Below, one piece after another: positions 18,576-28,801 of a stretch of DNA of 64,000 bases. The translations under genes and the position numbers were made by a program. The stretch is from Patescibacteria group bacterium (GTDB taxonomy: Bacteria > Patescibacteriota > Patescibacteriia > UBA1558 > GWA2-36-10), in assembly GCA_028718865.1 (NCBI GenBank), contig JAQUKX010000005.1, forward strand, positions 368 through 64,367, given 5' to 3'. A model generated the notes under the pieces. That model did no database searches and was not told the DNA's origin. It saw nothing but the letters and a program-made list of their open reading frames with translations. The first letter of the stretch is position 1. Each line of letters opens with the position of its first letter.

Positions 18576-19345
18576 TAGTATTCCCCTTTGACAATAAAGC
18601 CGATTATCTCTTCCCAGAGCTCATAGCTAATAGCCCCGGGAATAAGATTGCCGTTGATTATATAAGTCGGCGTGCCCTCTACGCCGATGCGCGCGCCTTC
18701 GGCCCAAGACTGCTTGATTTCATAAGTATATTTTTCCTCATCCAAGCATTTGTTAAAATCGTTCATATTGATGCCCAAAGGTACGGCAAAGCTCTTGAGA
18801 TTTGTCTTGGTAAATTCAGTCTGGTTTTGATACAAAACATCTCTATACTGCCAATAAGCGCCCTGCTCATTGGCGCAAGCTGCCGCCAAATGAGCTTCAA
18901 ATGATCCCGGATGCAAACTGTCAGTGGGAAAATCTTTGGTGGTAAATCTGACTATTGAGCCAAAATTGGCCAGCATTCTTTTGATATTGGCCTGATCCTC
19001 GCGGCAAAAAGGACAGGTCAAAGACTCATAAGCCACCACATGGATAAAAGGCTCCTCTGATCCCAGCCAAGGGCTATCACCGCTTATTAGCTCAGCAGCT
19101 ATCAGCCGGCTTTGCCTTTCTTCTTCTTCTGTTATCCAAAGGCCAGTGGCTGGATCATAAATTTTACCTTGGCTCATTTGATAAAAAGTATTAGCCAGTA
19201 TATAAGCGAAATAAAGGCTAAAAAGGAAAATCAAGACTGCCAGAACTATCAATATTCTGCCCCAAGTCCGCTTGTACCAAGGCTTAAAATAGCTTTTGAC
19301 TACTGTCTCGTCTATTCTGGCTTTTATTCTTTTTTGCACTCCCAT
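18575..19345 (-). CDS. membrane-anchored DsbA-like thioredoxin-fold oxidoreductase
   Basis: N-terminal TM anchor and a CPFC active site (YESLTCPFCRED). Confidence 0.75.
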   Translation of the reverse strand: MGVQKRIKARIDETVVKSYFKPWYKRTWGRILIVLAVLIFLFSLYFAYILANTFYQMSQGKIYDPATGLWITEEEERQSRLIAAELISGDSPWLGSEEPFIHVVAYESLTCPFCREDQANIKRMLANFGSIVRFTTKDFPTDSLHPGSFEAHLAAACANEQGAYWQYRDVLYQNQTEFTKTNLKSFAVPLGINMNDFNKCLDEEKYTYEIKQSWAEGARIGVEGTPTYIINGNLIPGAISYELWEEIIGFIVKGEY

Positions 19346-19349
19346 ATTT

Positions 19350-20783
19350 TTAAGCGATTAATTGTTCAATATAATTACCCAAATTGAGAATTTTTTCTTC
19401 CTGGAAAGCATCACCCAAAAGCTGCAAGCCTATAGGCAATCCTTTTTTGTCCTGACCTATAGGCAAAGACAAGCCACAAACACCGCCAATGTTGGCCGCC
19501 ACTGTAAAGATATCAGACAAATACATAGTCAGAGGATCCTGTGATTTTTCGCCCAGCTTAAAAGCAGTAGTAGGCGTAGCTGGCGTGAGCAAAACATCTA
19601 CTTCTGAAAATACCTTGGCAAAATCTTCTTTGATCAAAGTGCGGACTTTTTGCGCCTGCTTGTAGTAGGCATCATAGTAGCCAGCGGACAAAATATAAGT
19701 CCCTAGCATAATTCTCCTTTTGACTTCAGCGCCAAAACCGCGACTTCTTATTTCTTTGTACCAATCATCCAAGCCTGATTTTTTATCCGCTGACAAGCCA
19801 TATAGCACCCCGTCGTAGCGCGCCAAATTGGAACTCACTTCCGCCGGCATCAGAAGATAATAAGTAGCCAAAGCATAATCAGTGTAAGGCAAACTCACTT
19901 CTTTTACCGTCATTCCTTCTTTTTCCAAGCTGGCCACCAGTCCTTTCACTGCCTGCTCTACTTCTTTGTCCAAGCCAGCTGCAAAATATTCTTTGGGCAG
20001 TCCCAAGCGCAATTTTTTGGTATTTTTGCCCAGTCCAGACAAATAATCTGGTACTTTGGTCTGAGCGCTAGTTGCATCCAAAGGATCAAAGCCGGCCATA
20101 TATTGCAAAAGCAAAGCCAAATCCCGCACGCTATTGGCCATAGGACCTATTTGGTCCAAAGAAGAAGCCATAGCCATAGAACCATAGCGGGAAACTCGGC
20201 CATAGCTGGGCTTGAGGCCGCAAACGCCGCAAAAAGAAGCTGGCTGGCGTATAGAGCCACCCGTATCAGTGCCCAAAGCAGTTGGCGCCAGAGAAGCAGC
20301 CAAAGCTGCTGCTGAGCCGCCTGAAGATCCGCCCGGCACTCTTTTTTTGTCATAGGGGTTCAAGACCGGCCCAAAAGCTGAATTCTCATTGGAAGACCCC
20401 ATAGCAAACTCATCGCAATTGGTTTTGCCCAAGACTACCATGCCTGCTTTTTGCAGGTGATCAACAGCCGTAGCAGTATAACTGGCAATATAATCTGCCA
20501 AAATATTGGAAGCTCCGGTGGCTCTCAAGCCCTCAACCAAAATAATGTCCTTAACTGCCAAGGGCACGCCACAGAGCTCGCCTCCCTTTTTTGCCGCTAG
20601 CAACTTATCAGCGAACTTGGCCTGTTCCAAGGCCTTGTCATTTACTGAAATAAAAGCATTGCAATCGTCTTTTTTAATTTTTTTCAAATAAGCCGAAGTA
20701 AGCTCATAGCTGGAAAATTTCTTTTGCTTGAGTCCGGCGCTGATTTTCGATATTGTTAATTTTTCCGTTTTTAAATTAGTCAT
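19350..20783 (-). CDS. gatA: Glu-tRNA(Gln) amidotransferase subunit A (start placed at MTNLKTEKL)
   Basis: Amidase signature GGSSGGSAAALAA. The start overlaps the gatC stop in an ATGA-style coupling. Confidence 0.9.
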   Translation of the reverse strand: MTNLKTEKLTISKISAGLKQKKFSSYELTSAYLKKIKKDDCNAFISVNDKALEQAKFADKLLAAKKGGELCGVPLAVKDIILVEGLRATGASNILADYIASYTATAVDHLQKAGMVVLGKTNCDEFAMGSSNENSAFGPVLNPYDKKRVPGGSSGGSAAALAASLAPTALGTDTGGSIRQPASFCGVCGLKPSYGRVSRYGSMAMASSLDQIGPMANSVRDLALLLQYMAGFDPLDATSAQTKVPDYLSGLGKNTKKLRLGLPKEYFAAGLDKEVEQAVKGLVASLEKEGMTVKEVSLPYTDYALATYYLLMPAEVSSNLARYDGVLYGLSADKKSGLDDWYKEIRSRGFGAEVKRRIMLGTYILSAGYYDAYYKQAQKVRTLIKEDFAKVFSEVDVLLTPATPTTAFKLGEKSQDPLTMYLSDIFTVAANIGGVCGLSLPIGQDKKGLPIGLQLLGDAFQEEKILNLGNYIEQLIA

Positions 20784-21072
20784 TTTTTTTGTTAAAAACA
20801 TTGGGCACGGCCACAAAACCAGCTTTAATATTTTTTGCTGGGATAAGCCCTTGGCTTTTGCTAAACTGAGGCGAATCTGCTCGCAAAAACAAAGAATTTT
20901 GCTGAGCGCCGCTTAGACTCTGCTCTACTTGGGACAAATCCAGCTGATTTATTTTATTGACATAACCCAAAACATCAGCCAACTCACGGCCAAAAGCCGC
21001 TGCTTCTTTATCGCTGAGATTGAGCTTGGCCAAATCGGCTATTTTTATTATTTCTTTTTTACTTAAAACCAT
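20776..21072 (-). CDS. gatC: Glu-tRNA(Gln) amidotransferase subunit C (start at MVLSKKEI)
   Basis: GatC pattern (IIKIADLAKLNLSDKEAAAFGRELADVLGYVNKI). The ORF-track N-terminal extension is probably not translated. Confidence 0.8.
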   Translation of the reverse strand: MVLSKKEIIKIADLAKLNLSDKEAAAFGRELADVLGYVNKINQLDLSQVEQSLSGAQQNSLFLRADSPQFSKSQGLIPAKNIKAGFVAVPNVFNKKND

Positions 21073-21109
21073 GAATTTTATTTTAGCTAAAATAAAGGCA
21101 AAGGGCAAA

Positions 21110-21702
21110 TTATTTTTTTGACTGCCAGTTATCAATTTTTAAAACATAGATAGTAAATAAAATAACTAAGATGGTCTGTAAAGCAAATAAAACAACATTT
21201 GTCAGCCACCAGCTGATCAAACTGGCATCATCATAAAACAAAACTGCCGGTAATAAGACGCCAGCGGAGAGTAAAAAAGAAAATAATAATCCCGTGGAGC
21301 GGATAAAAGCCATTGTTTATGCCACCAAATTTTTTCTTTATTAAACTGCTTGAGCGGATAATGAGGATTGTAAACAAACCACAGATAATCCCATAGAACT
21401 ATAAAAATCAGAAACATAGACAAGGTCATTGACCAATTATATAGATTAAAAGGCAGAGTAAAAACATAAGGCAAATGCAAAATCAAAAAAACAAAAGTAA
21501 ACATAGTGATATGATAGCCAGTAGTTTCCCGACCGCTCATAAATTTACTATAAAGGCGATTGAGCTTACTTTTGCTGTTTTTAGGGCGCCAAGTAGGCAA
21601 ATTTTGCGCCCAGCCGTGAGGGCCTTCTATTTGAATTTCCAATATTGCCAAAACAGAGGCTAAGACAAAAATATAAATATTGGCAATGATTATTTCTGAC
21701 AT
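21110..21702 (-). CDS. multi-TM membrane protein, either two overlapping ORFs or one frameshifted gene
   Basis: ORFs 21217..21702 and 21110..21313 overlap by 97 nt in different frames. Both are hydrophobic. T6/A6 runs lie nearby. Confidence 0.35.
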
Positions 21703-21706
21703 AAAA

Positions 21707-23707
21707 TTAATTATTTTTATTTAATAATTTTAAAAACTCTTCTTCGCTGATTATCTTGATACTTTTTATTTTTTTAGCCCCAGCTAGTTTGGATCCAGGA
21801 TTTTCGCCAATAACCAAATAATCCAAATTTTTACTAACTGCCGAAAGAATTTTGGCGCCAGCTAACCTAAGCATATTTTTGGCTTTTTCTCTTTCCATTG
21901 ACAGAGAGCCGCTAAAAAGAAAAGTTTTATCTGCCAAAGCTCCTTTTTGGGAAACAAGATTTTTAATTTTTATTCCTGCTTGCTCAATAGCCGAAAAAAT
22001 GTTTTGATTTTCCCGCCACCAAGAAAATAAAGAGCTGGCCACCTCCGGACCAATATCAGAAAGGGTCATAAACTCCTCTTGGCTGGCTTGGCTGATTTTT
22101 TTCAAACTGCCAAAATGCCTGGCTAGAAGCTGAGAAGTTTCCTCTCCTACATGCCTAATGCCCAGGGCATAGATAAAATTACTCAGATTTATTTCTCTGG
22201 CTTGAGAAATGGCTTTTACCAAATTATCCGCTTTTTTGCGAGCAAAGCCTTCCAAAACTTCCAAATCTCCAGTTTTGAGAGTAAAAAAATCAAAAGGACT
22301 GGAAACCAAGCCCTTATCCGCCAAAAGCCTGACTATGCTTTTGCCCAAACCCTCAATATTAAAAGCTTTTTTGGAAACAAAATGTATCAGCTTTTCTACA
22401 TTCTGGCCATAACATTTTTTGTTCTGGCAATAATAAGCTACCTCGCCTGGTTTTTTGGCTACTGCTTGCTGGCAAATCGGACATTTTTTGGGAAAATAAA
22501 AAGGCTTTTCTTTTCCAGTTCGCAAAGTTTTGATTACTTCCACTATATCGGGAATAATATCACCGGCTTTTTGAATAATAACTGTATCGCCTATTCTGGC
22601 ATCTAATCTTTTTATTTCATCTTGATTGTGCAAAGTAGCTCGAGAAACTGTAGTGCCAGCCACCAAAACTGGTTTTAAGATTGCCACTGGTGTCAGAGCA
22701 CCACTACGACCAACTTGGAGCTCTATATCCAAAATCTGGCTAGTAGCTTGCTCAGCCGAAAATTTATAAGCCAGCATCCAACGCTCGGCCTTACCTATAT
22801 GCCCCAATACTTTTTCTTGACTTACATCATTGACCACTATCACTGCTCCATCGGTCTGATAAGGCAGAGTTTTTCTTTTTTCTTCCCATTTTTTTAAATA
22901 TTTTTCCACTGCTTCTATGTTCTGACACAATTGGTTATATGGGCTGGTTTTAAAACCTAAATCTTGTAAAAATTGATGCACTTGGGCGTGATTTTTTTGA
23001 CCCAAATCACTGATAAGCTCAAAAGCAATAAAGTCTAGCTGGCGAGAAGCGGTCACTTTGGGATCAAGTTGCCTGATAGAGCCGGCGGCCACATTACGCG
23101 GATTGGCAAAAAGAGCCAAGCCTTTGGCAAGCTGTTTTTTATTTAATTTTTCAAAAACATCTTTATTCATCACTACCTCGCCTCTGACTTCTAAAACAGC
23201 CGGCAGTTTTTTATTTTTCAATGCTTGCAAAGACAAAGGAACGCTATTGATAGTTTTGATATTAGTAGTGACATCCTCCCCTATTTTACCGTCGCCCCGA
23301 GTAGCTGCTCTTTGTAAAACTCCATTTTGATAAGTCAAAACTACTGTCAAGCCATCTAGTTTTAATTCCAAATAATAATCCTTGATTTTTTCTCCCAAAA
23401 TTTTTTCATTTCTCTTTTGCCAGTCTTTAATATCTACCAGATCAAAAGCATCGGCCAAAGATAAAATAGGGCTAAGATGACTTACTTTGGAAAACTTGTC
23501 CAGAGGCAATCCCCCTACTCTTTGACTGGGAGAATCAGGAAGAACTAAATCAGGAAATTCTTTTTCCAGTTTTTCCAGCTCATTTTTAAGCGAATCAAGA
23601 GCCCCGTCGGAAATCTCCGGCTTATCCAAAACATGATAAAGATAACGATGATGGTTCACTTCCCTTGTCAGTTTGGCTATTCTTTTTTTGGCTTCAGTTT
23701 TGTTCAT
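21707..23707 (-). CDS. ligA: NAD-dependent DNA ligase (start at MNKTEAKKRI)
   Basis: Adenylation motif KLDG (ELKLDGLTVVL), a zinc-finger Cys4 and a BRCT-like C-terminus. Confidence 0.9.
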   Translation of the reverse strand: MNKTEAKKRIAKLTREVNHHRYLYHVLDKPEISDGALDSLKNELEKLEKEFPDLVLPDSPSQRVGGLPLDKFSKVSHLSPILSLADAFDLVDIKDWQKRNEKILGEKIKDYYLELKLDGLTVVLTYQNGVLQRAATRGDGKIGEDVTTNIKTINSVPLSLQALKNKKLPAVLEVRGEVVMNKDVFEKLNKKQLAKGLALFANPRNVAAGSIRQLDPKVTASRQLDFIAFELISDLGQKNHAQVHQFLQDLGFKTSPYNQLCQNIEAVEKYLKKWEEKRKTLPYQTDGAVIVVNDVSQEKVLGHIGKAERWMLAYKFSAEQATSQILDIELQVGRSGALTPVAILKPVLVAGTTVSRATLHNQDEIKRLDARIGDTVIIQKAGDIIPDIVEVIKTLRTGKEKPFYFPKKCPICQQAVAKKPGEVAYYCQNKKCYGQNVEKLIHFVSKKAFNIEGLGKSIVRLLADKGLVSSPFDFFTLKTGDLEVLEGFARKKADNLVKAISQAREINLSNFIYALGIRHVGEETSQLLARHFGSLKKISQASQEEFMTLSDIGPEVASSLFSWWRENQNIFSAIEQAGIKIKNLVSQKGALADKTFLFSGSLSMEREKAKNMLRLAGAKILSAVSKNLDYLVIGENPGSKLAGAKKIKSIKIISEEEFLKLLNKNN

Positions 23708-23718
23708 TTTGCCAAATC

Positions 23719-24606
23719 TTACTGCCAAATAGGATCTTTTATAAAAGGCTCTTCCGAAAAAATAACATAGCTAAAAACTCCGGAAACCGGTGCTATTGCC
23801 GGCATCACTGCCTTGAGACGATAGCGGGAATTGCGATAAATACCGTCGACTGTCATAGCTGTCCTTGAAAAGATGCCTAGATTATTATCGTCCTGATCCA
23901 TTATTCTCATTTCCAGTCTTTCTACTGGATTATTTAAAGGCTTAAAACTAAAACGATAATAGCGGTTTGGACTGATGTCATACACTACCGCCTGGCACTG
24001 ATCCGAGCCAAAAGCGCAATTGCAAATAGCCAAATCCTTGCGGCTCTCAAAATCTGTAAAACTCTGGGCAAAAGAATTAAAATTTATTTCCAAACGGTCA
24101 GAAGCATGGTAAGGAAAGCAATTTTTCACCTGCCAAATTATATGATATTTTGTTTGAAAAACTTCTGGCTGTTCTTCTACCCAATCAATGCCACTGACAC
24201 TCCCGGCCGGATCAATAATATCCACATAAGCAGCGGTGGTGGTAGTGAGATTGTAAGCGATAAAATTCTCGTGCTTCATCTGGCTCTCAATAATCTCAAA
24301 AGTCTGACCCGCCCCGATGCTAAATGCTTCTGCTTGACTCTCCAAAGCCCTAAATTCATCAAAATAACTGAAACGATAAGCATATTTGAGATGATGGAGA
24401 GCTTTTTCCATACCGCCATTGGCGGCATAAAAAGAACCAACTGAGTTGATGATATTGGCCGACATTCTGACTTCGCTCATGATAATCTTGGCAAAAGCCA
24501 AACTAGAAACCATAATCAAAGACAAAATCAACAAGGCCGTTACCAAGGCCATGCCCGAAGGGTCAGAAATATTTTTTGTTTTTTGGCTGAAATATTTGTT
24601 GAACAT
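23719..24606 (-). CDS. PilX-like minor pilin (PilX N-terminal domain)
   Basis: GMALVTALLILSLIMVSSLAFAKIIMSEVRMSAN matches the PilX_N pattern. Confidence 0.55.
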   Translation of the reverse strand: MFNKYFSQKTKNISDPSGMALVTALLILSLIMVSSLAFAKIIMSEVRMSANIINSVGSFYAANGGMEKALHHLKYAYRFSYFDEFRALESQAEAFSIGAGQTFEIIESQMKHENFIAYNLTTTTAAYVDIIDPAGSVSGIDWVEEQPEVFQTKYHIIWQVKNCFPYHASDRLEINFNSFAQSFTDFESRKDLAICNCAFGSDQCQAVVYDISPNRYYRFSFKPLNNPVERLEMRIMDQDDNNLGIFSRTAMTVDGIYRNSRYRLKAVMPAIAPVSGVFSYVIFSEEPFIKDPIWQ

Positions 24607-24615
24607 TTTTTGATA

Positions 24616-25266
24616 TTAGCGGCGATAAATCCGGGAAGAAACTGTTGTTTGAAAATTCTGACTGACTTGTTCTATCGCCCTGTTACTGGCGTAGTTCACC
24701 TGCAGGCGGATAGTAGCGCGAGGATGGTAATCGCAATCAGGATAATCCTCAATTTGATTACAACCTTTATAAGAATTGATATTTGGCTTGATATAAAAAT
24801 CCAGCTCATCCACTGAGATTTTATTACTAGCCGGTGACAATAAAATAGTAAAAGATGAGGGACTAGCTTCCCAAGGCTGACAACTGGTATAATCAATATT
24901 ACAATTCAAAACAACGTGATAAAGCGATTCATTATTCACGGTAAAAGCTGTCAAAAGTCCGTCTTCTCTAAGCAGAAGAATGCAGTTGGAGTATACCTCC
25001 CCCAAATAACCCGCGCAATCACCAGCGCTGGGATCAAAATCAAAAATCATATTGTTTCTGATTTCTCTGGCCATCATCTCCAAAGCGTACTGGGAATCAT
25101 TGAGCAAGCGCTGAGAAGCTCTGGACTGGGTCTGTAAACGGGAAAAAGCCAAATAAATCCCAGCAATAAGCCCTGTCATCAAAGCAAAAATCCCCACGGC
25201 AATAACCAGCTCCAAAAGAGAAAAGCCTTCTTTTTGTTTTTTTATTATCTTTATCATCGGCGCCAA
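24616..25266 (-). CDS. prepilin-type minor pilin (PilW/GspJ-like)
   Basis: Class III signal KEGFSLLELVIAVGIFAL (G|FSLLE). Confidence 0.65.
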   Translation of the reverse strand: MAPMIKIIKKQKEGFSLLELVIAVGIFALMTGLIAGIYLAFSRLQTQSRASQRLLNDSQYALEMMAREIRNNMIFDFDPSAGDCAGYLGEVYSNCILLLREDGLLTAFTVNNESLYHVVLNCNIDYTSCQPWEASPSSFTILLSPASNKISVDELDFYIKPNINSYKGCNQIEDYPDCDYHPRATIRLQVNYASNRAIEQVSQNFQTTVSSRIYRR

Positions 25267-25955
25267 TTATAAATCCTATCGTTTAATTCCAAATTATACT
25301 CTTTGCCGGCTCTGCTCCAATCAACTACTGCTGTCACTCTAAGACCGATTACAACTTCGTCTGACTGACATTCTTCTCTTTCTATTTCTTCCGGAAACGG
25401 TAAATTACCATCCCAGTCACGCTCCAAACAAATAGGCATCAATCTGACCAGGCGGGAAAAATTCGTTCTGGCATTCAATGATCCTGGCGATCCTAAATCA
25501 TGACTATAAAACCCATTCTGATCAATAAATAAAGGGCATTCATTTTGTCCTTTACACTGATTAAAACAAGCCAAAATATTACCAGGATCGGGGAATCCTT
25601 GGCAAATCTCACTTCCCCGGCTATAAATGTCATAATCAACCACCAAAAACAATTTATTTAAAGCCCCGTAATTCCAAGGAACAATAAAATCTTCACCGCC
25701 TATTTCCACTGTCTGATTGCTATCCGCCGCCAGCCAATTGCTGTCACGGATATTTCTCACTATTTCCAAAGCTTCTCTAGCCAAGTTAGCTGCTATTATC
25801 CTGTCCCGATTGCTTCTGTTTTCATTGAAATTTGCTAGAGCCAAAGTAAAAGCCGCCATAATCCCGATGGTAAAAACCGCAATAGTGATTATCAACTCCA
25901 CCAAAGTAAAAGCTTCTTGCCGGCCAGATGAATTATTTTTTCCGAAAAAAATCAT
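25254..25955 (-). CDS. PilV-like minor pilin
   Basis: QEAFTLVELIITIAVF prepilin motif. RDRIIAANLAREALE is typical of PilV. Confidence 0.7.
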   Translation of the reverse strand: MIFFGKNNSSGRQEAFTLVELIITIAVFTIGIMAAFTLALANFNENRSNRDRIIAANLAREALEIVRNIRDSNWLAADSNQTVEIGGEDFIVPWNYGALNKLFLVVDYDIYSRGSEICQGFPDPGNILACFNQCKGQNECPLFIDQNGFYSHDLGSPGSLNARTNFSRLVRLMPICLERDWDGNLPFPEEIEREECQSDEVVIGLRVTAVVDWSRAGKEYNLELNDRIYNWRR

Positions 25956-26620
25956 AACATTTCAAGTTGTTGCGGATCTTCTGGAGGCAAAGGCGGTCTT
26001 GGCGGGGTAAAATCTTCATAATAAAGTCCAAAATTCGCCCAAGTGTATTCTACTTCTCCCTGAGCATTAAAAGATTTCTCTCCTAAGGTAATAATGGATC
26101 GGTAGCCTTTGTTGGGGTAGCCCGGGCCGTTGTTAACAACCGCCAAAAGATACTTGCCGCTATCGTTGGCTGCCATATTGCTATCAGCTTGATTTTCTGT
26201 CAAAAAATTGACGTAAAAACTCGCTTTATCCTCAACATGATCTTTCAAATAAACATCGGTGTTATTGACGGTTCTTTCTTTGATAAGTATTTGTTGATCG
26301 CCAAAGTCGGCAAAAATCCTGTACCTAGCTTTGTTGTTAACCCTATCAAAAACAATCTTATAACCCGAAGAAGGATATTGAGCACCCTCCTCCTCACTTA
26401 AGGTATAAGTAGTCCGAGAGACTGCCAAATTTCTGACATAGCGAAGATCCGCCACCAAGAGATCGGTTTCTTCAATTATTTCGCTCTGCATACTTTTTTG
26501 GTTGATATTGATGATAAAAAAAGAAGAAATAATAGAAATAATAGCTATCACTATCAAAATCTCTACCAAGGTCAAGCCGCTATTTTCCTTCTGCAATTTT
26601 TTTGCTTTGAAAATTCTCAT
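25952..26620 (-). CDS. GspH/FimT-like pseudopilin
   Basis: NSGLTLVEILIVIAII prepilin motif. DLLVADLRYVRNLAVS is GspH-like. Confidence 0.7.
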   Translation of the reverse strand: MRIFKAKKLQKENSGLTLVEILIVIAIISIISSFFIININQKSMQSEIIEETDLLVADLRYVRNLAVSRTTYTLSEEEGAQYPSSGYKIVFDRVNNKARYRIFADFGDQQILIKERTVNNTDVYLKDHVEDKASFYVNFLTENQADSNMAANDSGKYLLAVVNNGPGYPNKGYRSIITLGEKSFNAQGEVEYTWANFGLYYEDFTPPRPPLPPEDPQQLEML

Positions 26621-26641
26621 AAAAATAAATAAATTATTATT

Positions 26642-27445
26642 TTAAAAAATAAATAAAGACCAATACCAATCAACCAGAATCTGGCCATAAAGCATAGTCA
26701 AAAAAGTAGCTAGCGCCAAAAAAGTGCCAAAAGGCAATTTGTCTTTGAGGCCTTTTTTGCGGCCAGCCAAAAGAAAAATGCTAAATACTGACCCTAGAAT
26801 ATAGGCAATAAATAAGGCTGTCAAAATATGCGGCCAGCCCAAAATCGCGCCCATCAGCGCTCCCAGCCGCACATCGCCGCCGCCTATCCAGCGGCCCTGA
26901 GAAATGACAAACTGCAAAAAGAAAAATCCGCCACCTACCAGCATAGCTGTAAACAAAGACCAGACTAACATGCCCAAAACCAAATTGGCGGTCAAAGCCA
27001 AAATTATTGCCGGCCAAACTACGCTGTCCAAAATCAAATAATACTTGAGGTCATAGACAAAAATAATAACCAAAAAGGCCGCCAACGCCCACCAGTTGAA
27101 CAAGTGCAAAATAACCAGAGGCGTCAAAAACTCCGGACTAAAATCCCCAAACAAGCGGACAAAAATCAAAACAAAAGCCAAGGCAGTAGCTAGCTCTACC
27201 AGCGGATACTGGACAGAAAATCGCTCACGGCAATAGCGGCAACGTCCTCTGAGGTACAAAAAGCTAAAAAAAGGCACTAGGTCCTGCGGATAAAGCTTGT
27301 GGCCGCAAAACAGGCACTTGGAAGAGCCGCGTATAAAGGACTCCTGTCTGTGCAGACGAAAAATAACCACATTGAGAAAACTGCCGACAAATAGCCCGAA
27401 AATAAAAACAAAAGCTACTATCATAGTAGCTTTATTATAACACAA
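26642..27445 (-). CDS. pilD: prepilin peptidase (A24 family)
   Basis: N-terminal zinc knuckle (CLFCGHKL...CRYCRERF) and eight TM helices with conserved Asp residues. Confidence 0.9.
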   Translation of the reverse strand: MCYNKATMIVAFVFIFGLFVGSFLNVVIFRLHRQESFIRGSSKCLFCGHKLYPQDLVPFFSFLYLRGRCRYCRERFSVQYPLVELATALAFVLIFVRLFGDFSPEFLTPLVILHLFNWWALAAFLVIIFVYDLKYYLILDSVVWPAIILALTANLVLGMLVWSLFTAMLVGGGFFFLQFVISQGRWIGGGDVRLGALMGAILGWPHILTALFIAYILGSVFSIFLLAGRKKGLKDKLPFGTFLALATFLTMLYGQILVDWYWSLFIF

Positions 27446-27466
27446 TAGAGCCGTGTTTGGTAGCGT

Positions 27467-27901
27467 TTAATTGGCGCGACAAACCATATTCATAGCGGCT
27501 GTTATCCGACACTGGCCGCCTTTATTTTTGTCTATATTCCACAAAGGCCACTTGCGCTTGAGTTCAAACTCTATCAGATAATTGTCTGCCCGGCTGATAA
27601 TAGTAGCCGAACCGACCCAAGCAAAATCTCGGACAAAATAATACTTTTGCTCACCAGCGACATTCACGCCCTTATCGCTAATAGAGCCAATGGACACCGC
27701 CGAACTTCTGGTCAAATCCGGATAAACATTGAACTTATCATAATATCTCTCCAAACCAAAGGCCAGTTGTTTGGCTTGAGCTACTAGTAGCAGATCATCA
27801 GCTCGGCGCTTTTCTTCAGTAGTAATAATAAGTAAAAAAACCAGCAAAAAAACAAAAGCCATGATTAGAAATATTTTTGTTTTAAGACTGTAGTTAAACA
27901 T
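27467..27901 (-). CDS. pilin-like protein lacking a canonical prepilin cleavage motif
   Basis: N-terminal TM helix followed by RRADDLLLVAQAKQLAFGLERYYDKFNVYP, which resembles the conserved mature-pilin helix of GspG/PilA. No G-F-T-L-x-E leader. Confidence 0.4.
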   Translation of the reverse strand: MFNYSLKTKIFLIMAFVFLLVFLLIITTEEKRRADDLLLVAQAKQLAFGLERYYDKFNVYPDLTRSSAVSIGSISDKGVNVAGEQKYYFVRDFAWVGSATIISRADNYLIEFELKRKWPLWNIDKNKGGQCRITAAMNMVCRAN

Positions 27902-27936
27902 AAATCAATTTGCTTTTATTTTGCCAATATTTACAC

Positions 27937-28097
27937 TCGGCTGTTTTGTTTCCCAGGAGCACGGCGTCGGCTCAAGAAGGCAGGCCATCTTTGTCCATAG
28001 CCGCGCCTATTGCTTGCCCCGCCTAAAATAAGTAAAAAATAAAAATCATTTTGCTGGGCGGGTCGGCGCAAATACTCCCTGTCAACAAAACAGCCTC
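27937..28097. ncRNA. candidate structured ncRNA (GC-rich island in AT-rich spacer downstream of the pilin gene)
   Basis: The 5' ggctgttttgtt (27939-50) and 3' aacaaaacagcc (about 28083-94) ends are perfectly complementary. Inside are GC-rich stems (cccgcc/ggcggg) plus an AT-rich loop. Strand and identity are undetermined. Confidence 0.25.
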
Positions 28098-28159
28098 GTT
28101 GATAATAAACTAAAAGATATAAACAATACTATTATTCATATTATACCACAAAAATCCCC

Positions 28160-28200
28160 AAACAAAAAACTCTCCTTTAGGAGAGTTTTTTGTTTTTAAA
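28160..28200 (-). terminator. intrinsic terminator of the major pilin gene
   Basis: aactctcct-tta-ggagagtt hairpin with flanking T/A runs. Confidence 0.55.
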
Positions 28201-28219
28201 TAAATTTTTGAAAATTTTA

Positions 28220-28636
28220 TTATGTTTCTATACAGCCGCTCGCTGTACATGTAATAGTGATAGTGCCATTAGTAGCTGCATAATTAAATGTGCCAGCGGA
28301 AGCAGAGCTATTACAAGTAGCACTATAACTCCAACCTGTTTGCTGAGCAACATTAGGCCAATTAATACTCGATCCTGTGCATATAGTACCTCCGGCTGTT
28401 GGGGTTTGGGCGCCTGCGCATGTAGCAGGAGTGGCCGCTCCATCATGTAAGTTTGCTCCCGCATCATGACAAAGAATTACACCTGGAATAATAGCTGCCA
28501 AAGATCCTTTGACCGCTGCTGTTCTTGCCTTGTCTCTAGCGCTATTTAAGTTTACCACCGCCACAGTGGACAAAATTCCGATGATGGCAATAACCACCAA
28601 AAGCTCAACTAAAGTAAAACCTTTTTTATTTCTCAT
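28220..28636 (-). CDS. pilA: type IV major pilin (start at [13 protein letters not shown] behind RBS GAGGAGGTGA)
   Basis: Class III signal [20 protein letters not shown]. Gly/Thr/Ala/Cys-rich C-terminal domain with six Cys. Confidence 0.85.
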   Translation of the reverse strand: MRNKKGFTLVELLVVIAIIGILSTVAVVNLNSARDKARTAAVKGSLAAIIPGVILCHDAGANLHDGAATPATCAGAQTPTAGGTICTGSSINWPNVAQQTGWSYSATCNSSASAGTFNYAATNGTITITCTASGCIET

Positions 28637-28801
28637 TTTGTCACCTCCTCTCATACTAACTTTTGTTTTAGTTAAAACCCGAGATCTCCGAGGTTCTAGC
28701 CAAAAAACAAAAGCTAAAGGTGTTAATTTTTAAATATTTATAAAAATACGACTTTCTAATTATAGCATTTTTTCAAAAAACCAACAAGAAAAATAAAAAA
28801 A

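Noticed and set aside
27937-28097. Identifying the GC-rich element as SRP (4.5S) RNA.
   Set aside because: The long terminal helix is suggestive, but I could not find the conserved domain-IV motif (GGAA tetraloop flanked by AGCAG) by eye, so it is reported only as an unassigned candidate ncRNA.
28655-28801. Sigma-54 promoter upstream of the major pilin.
   Set aside because: No convincing GG-N10-GC (-24/-12) element found. A sigma70-like TTGTTG-N17-TATAAT is present instead, and the ccgag-gatc-tccgagg motif is a direct repeat rather than an enhancer-like palindrome.
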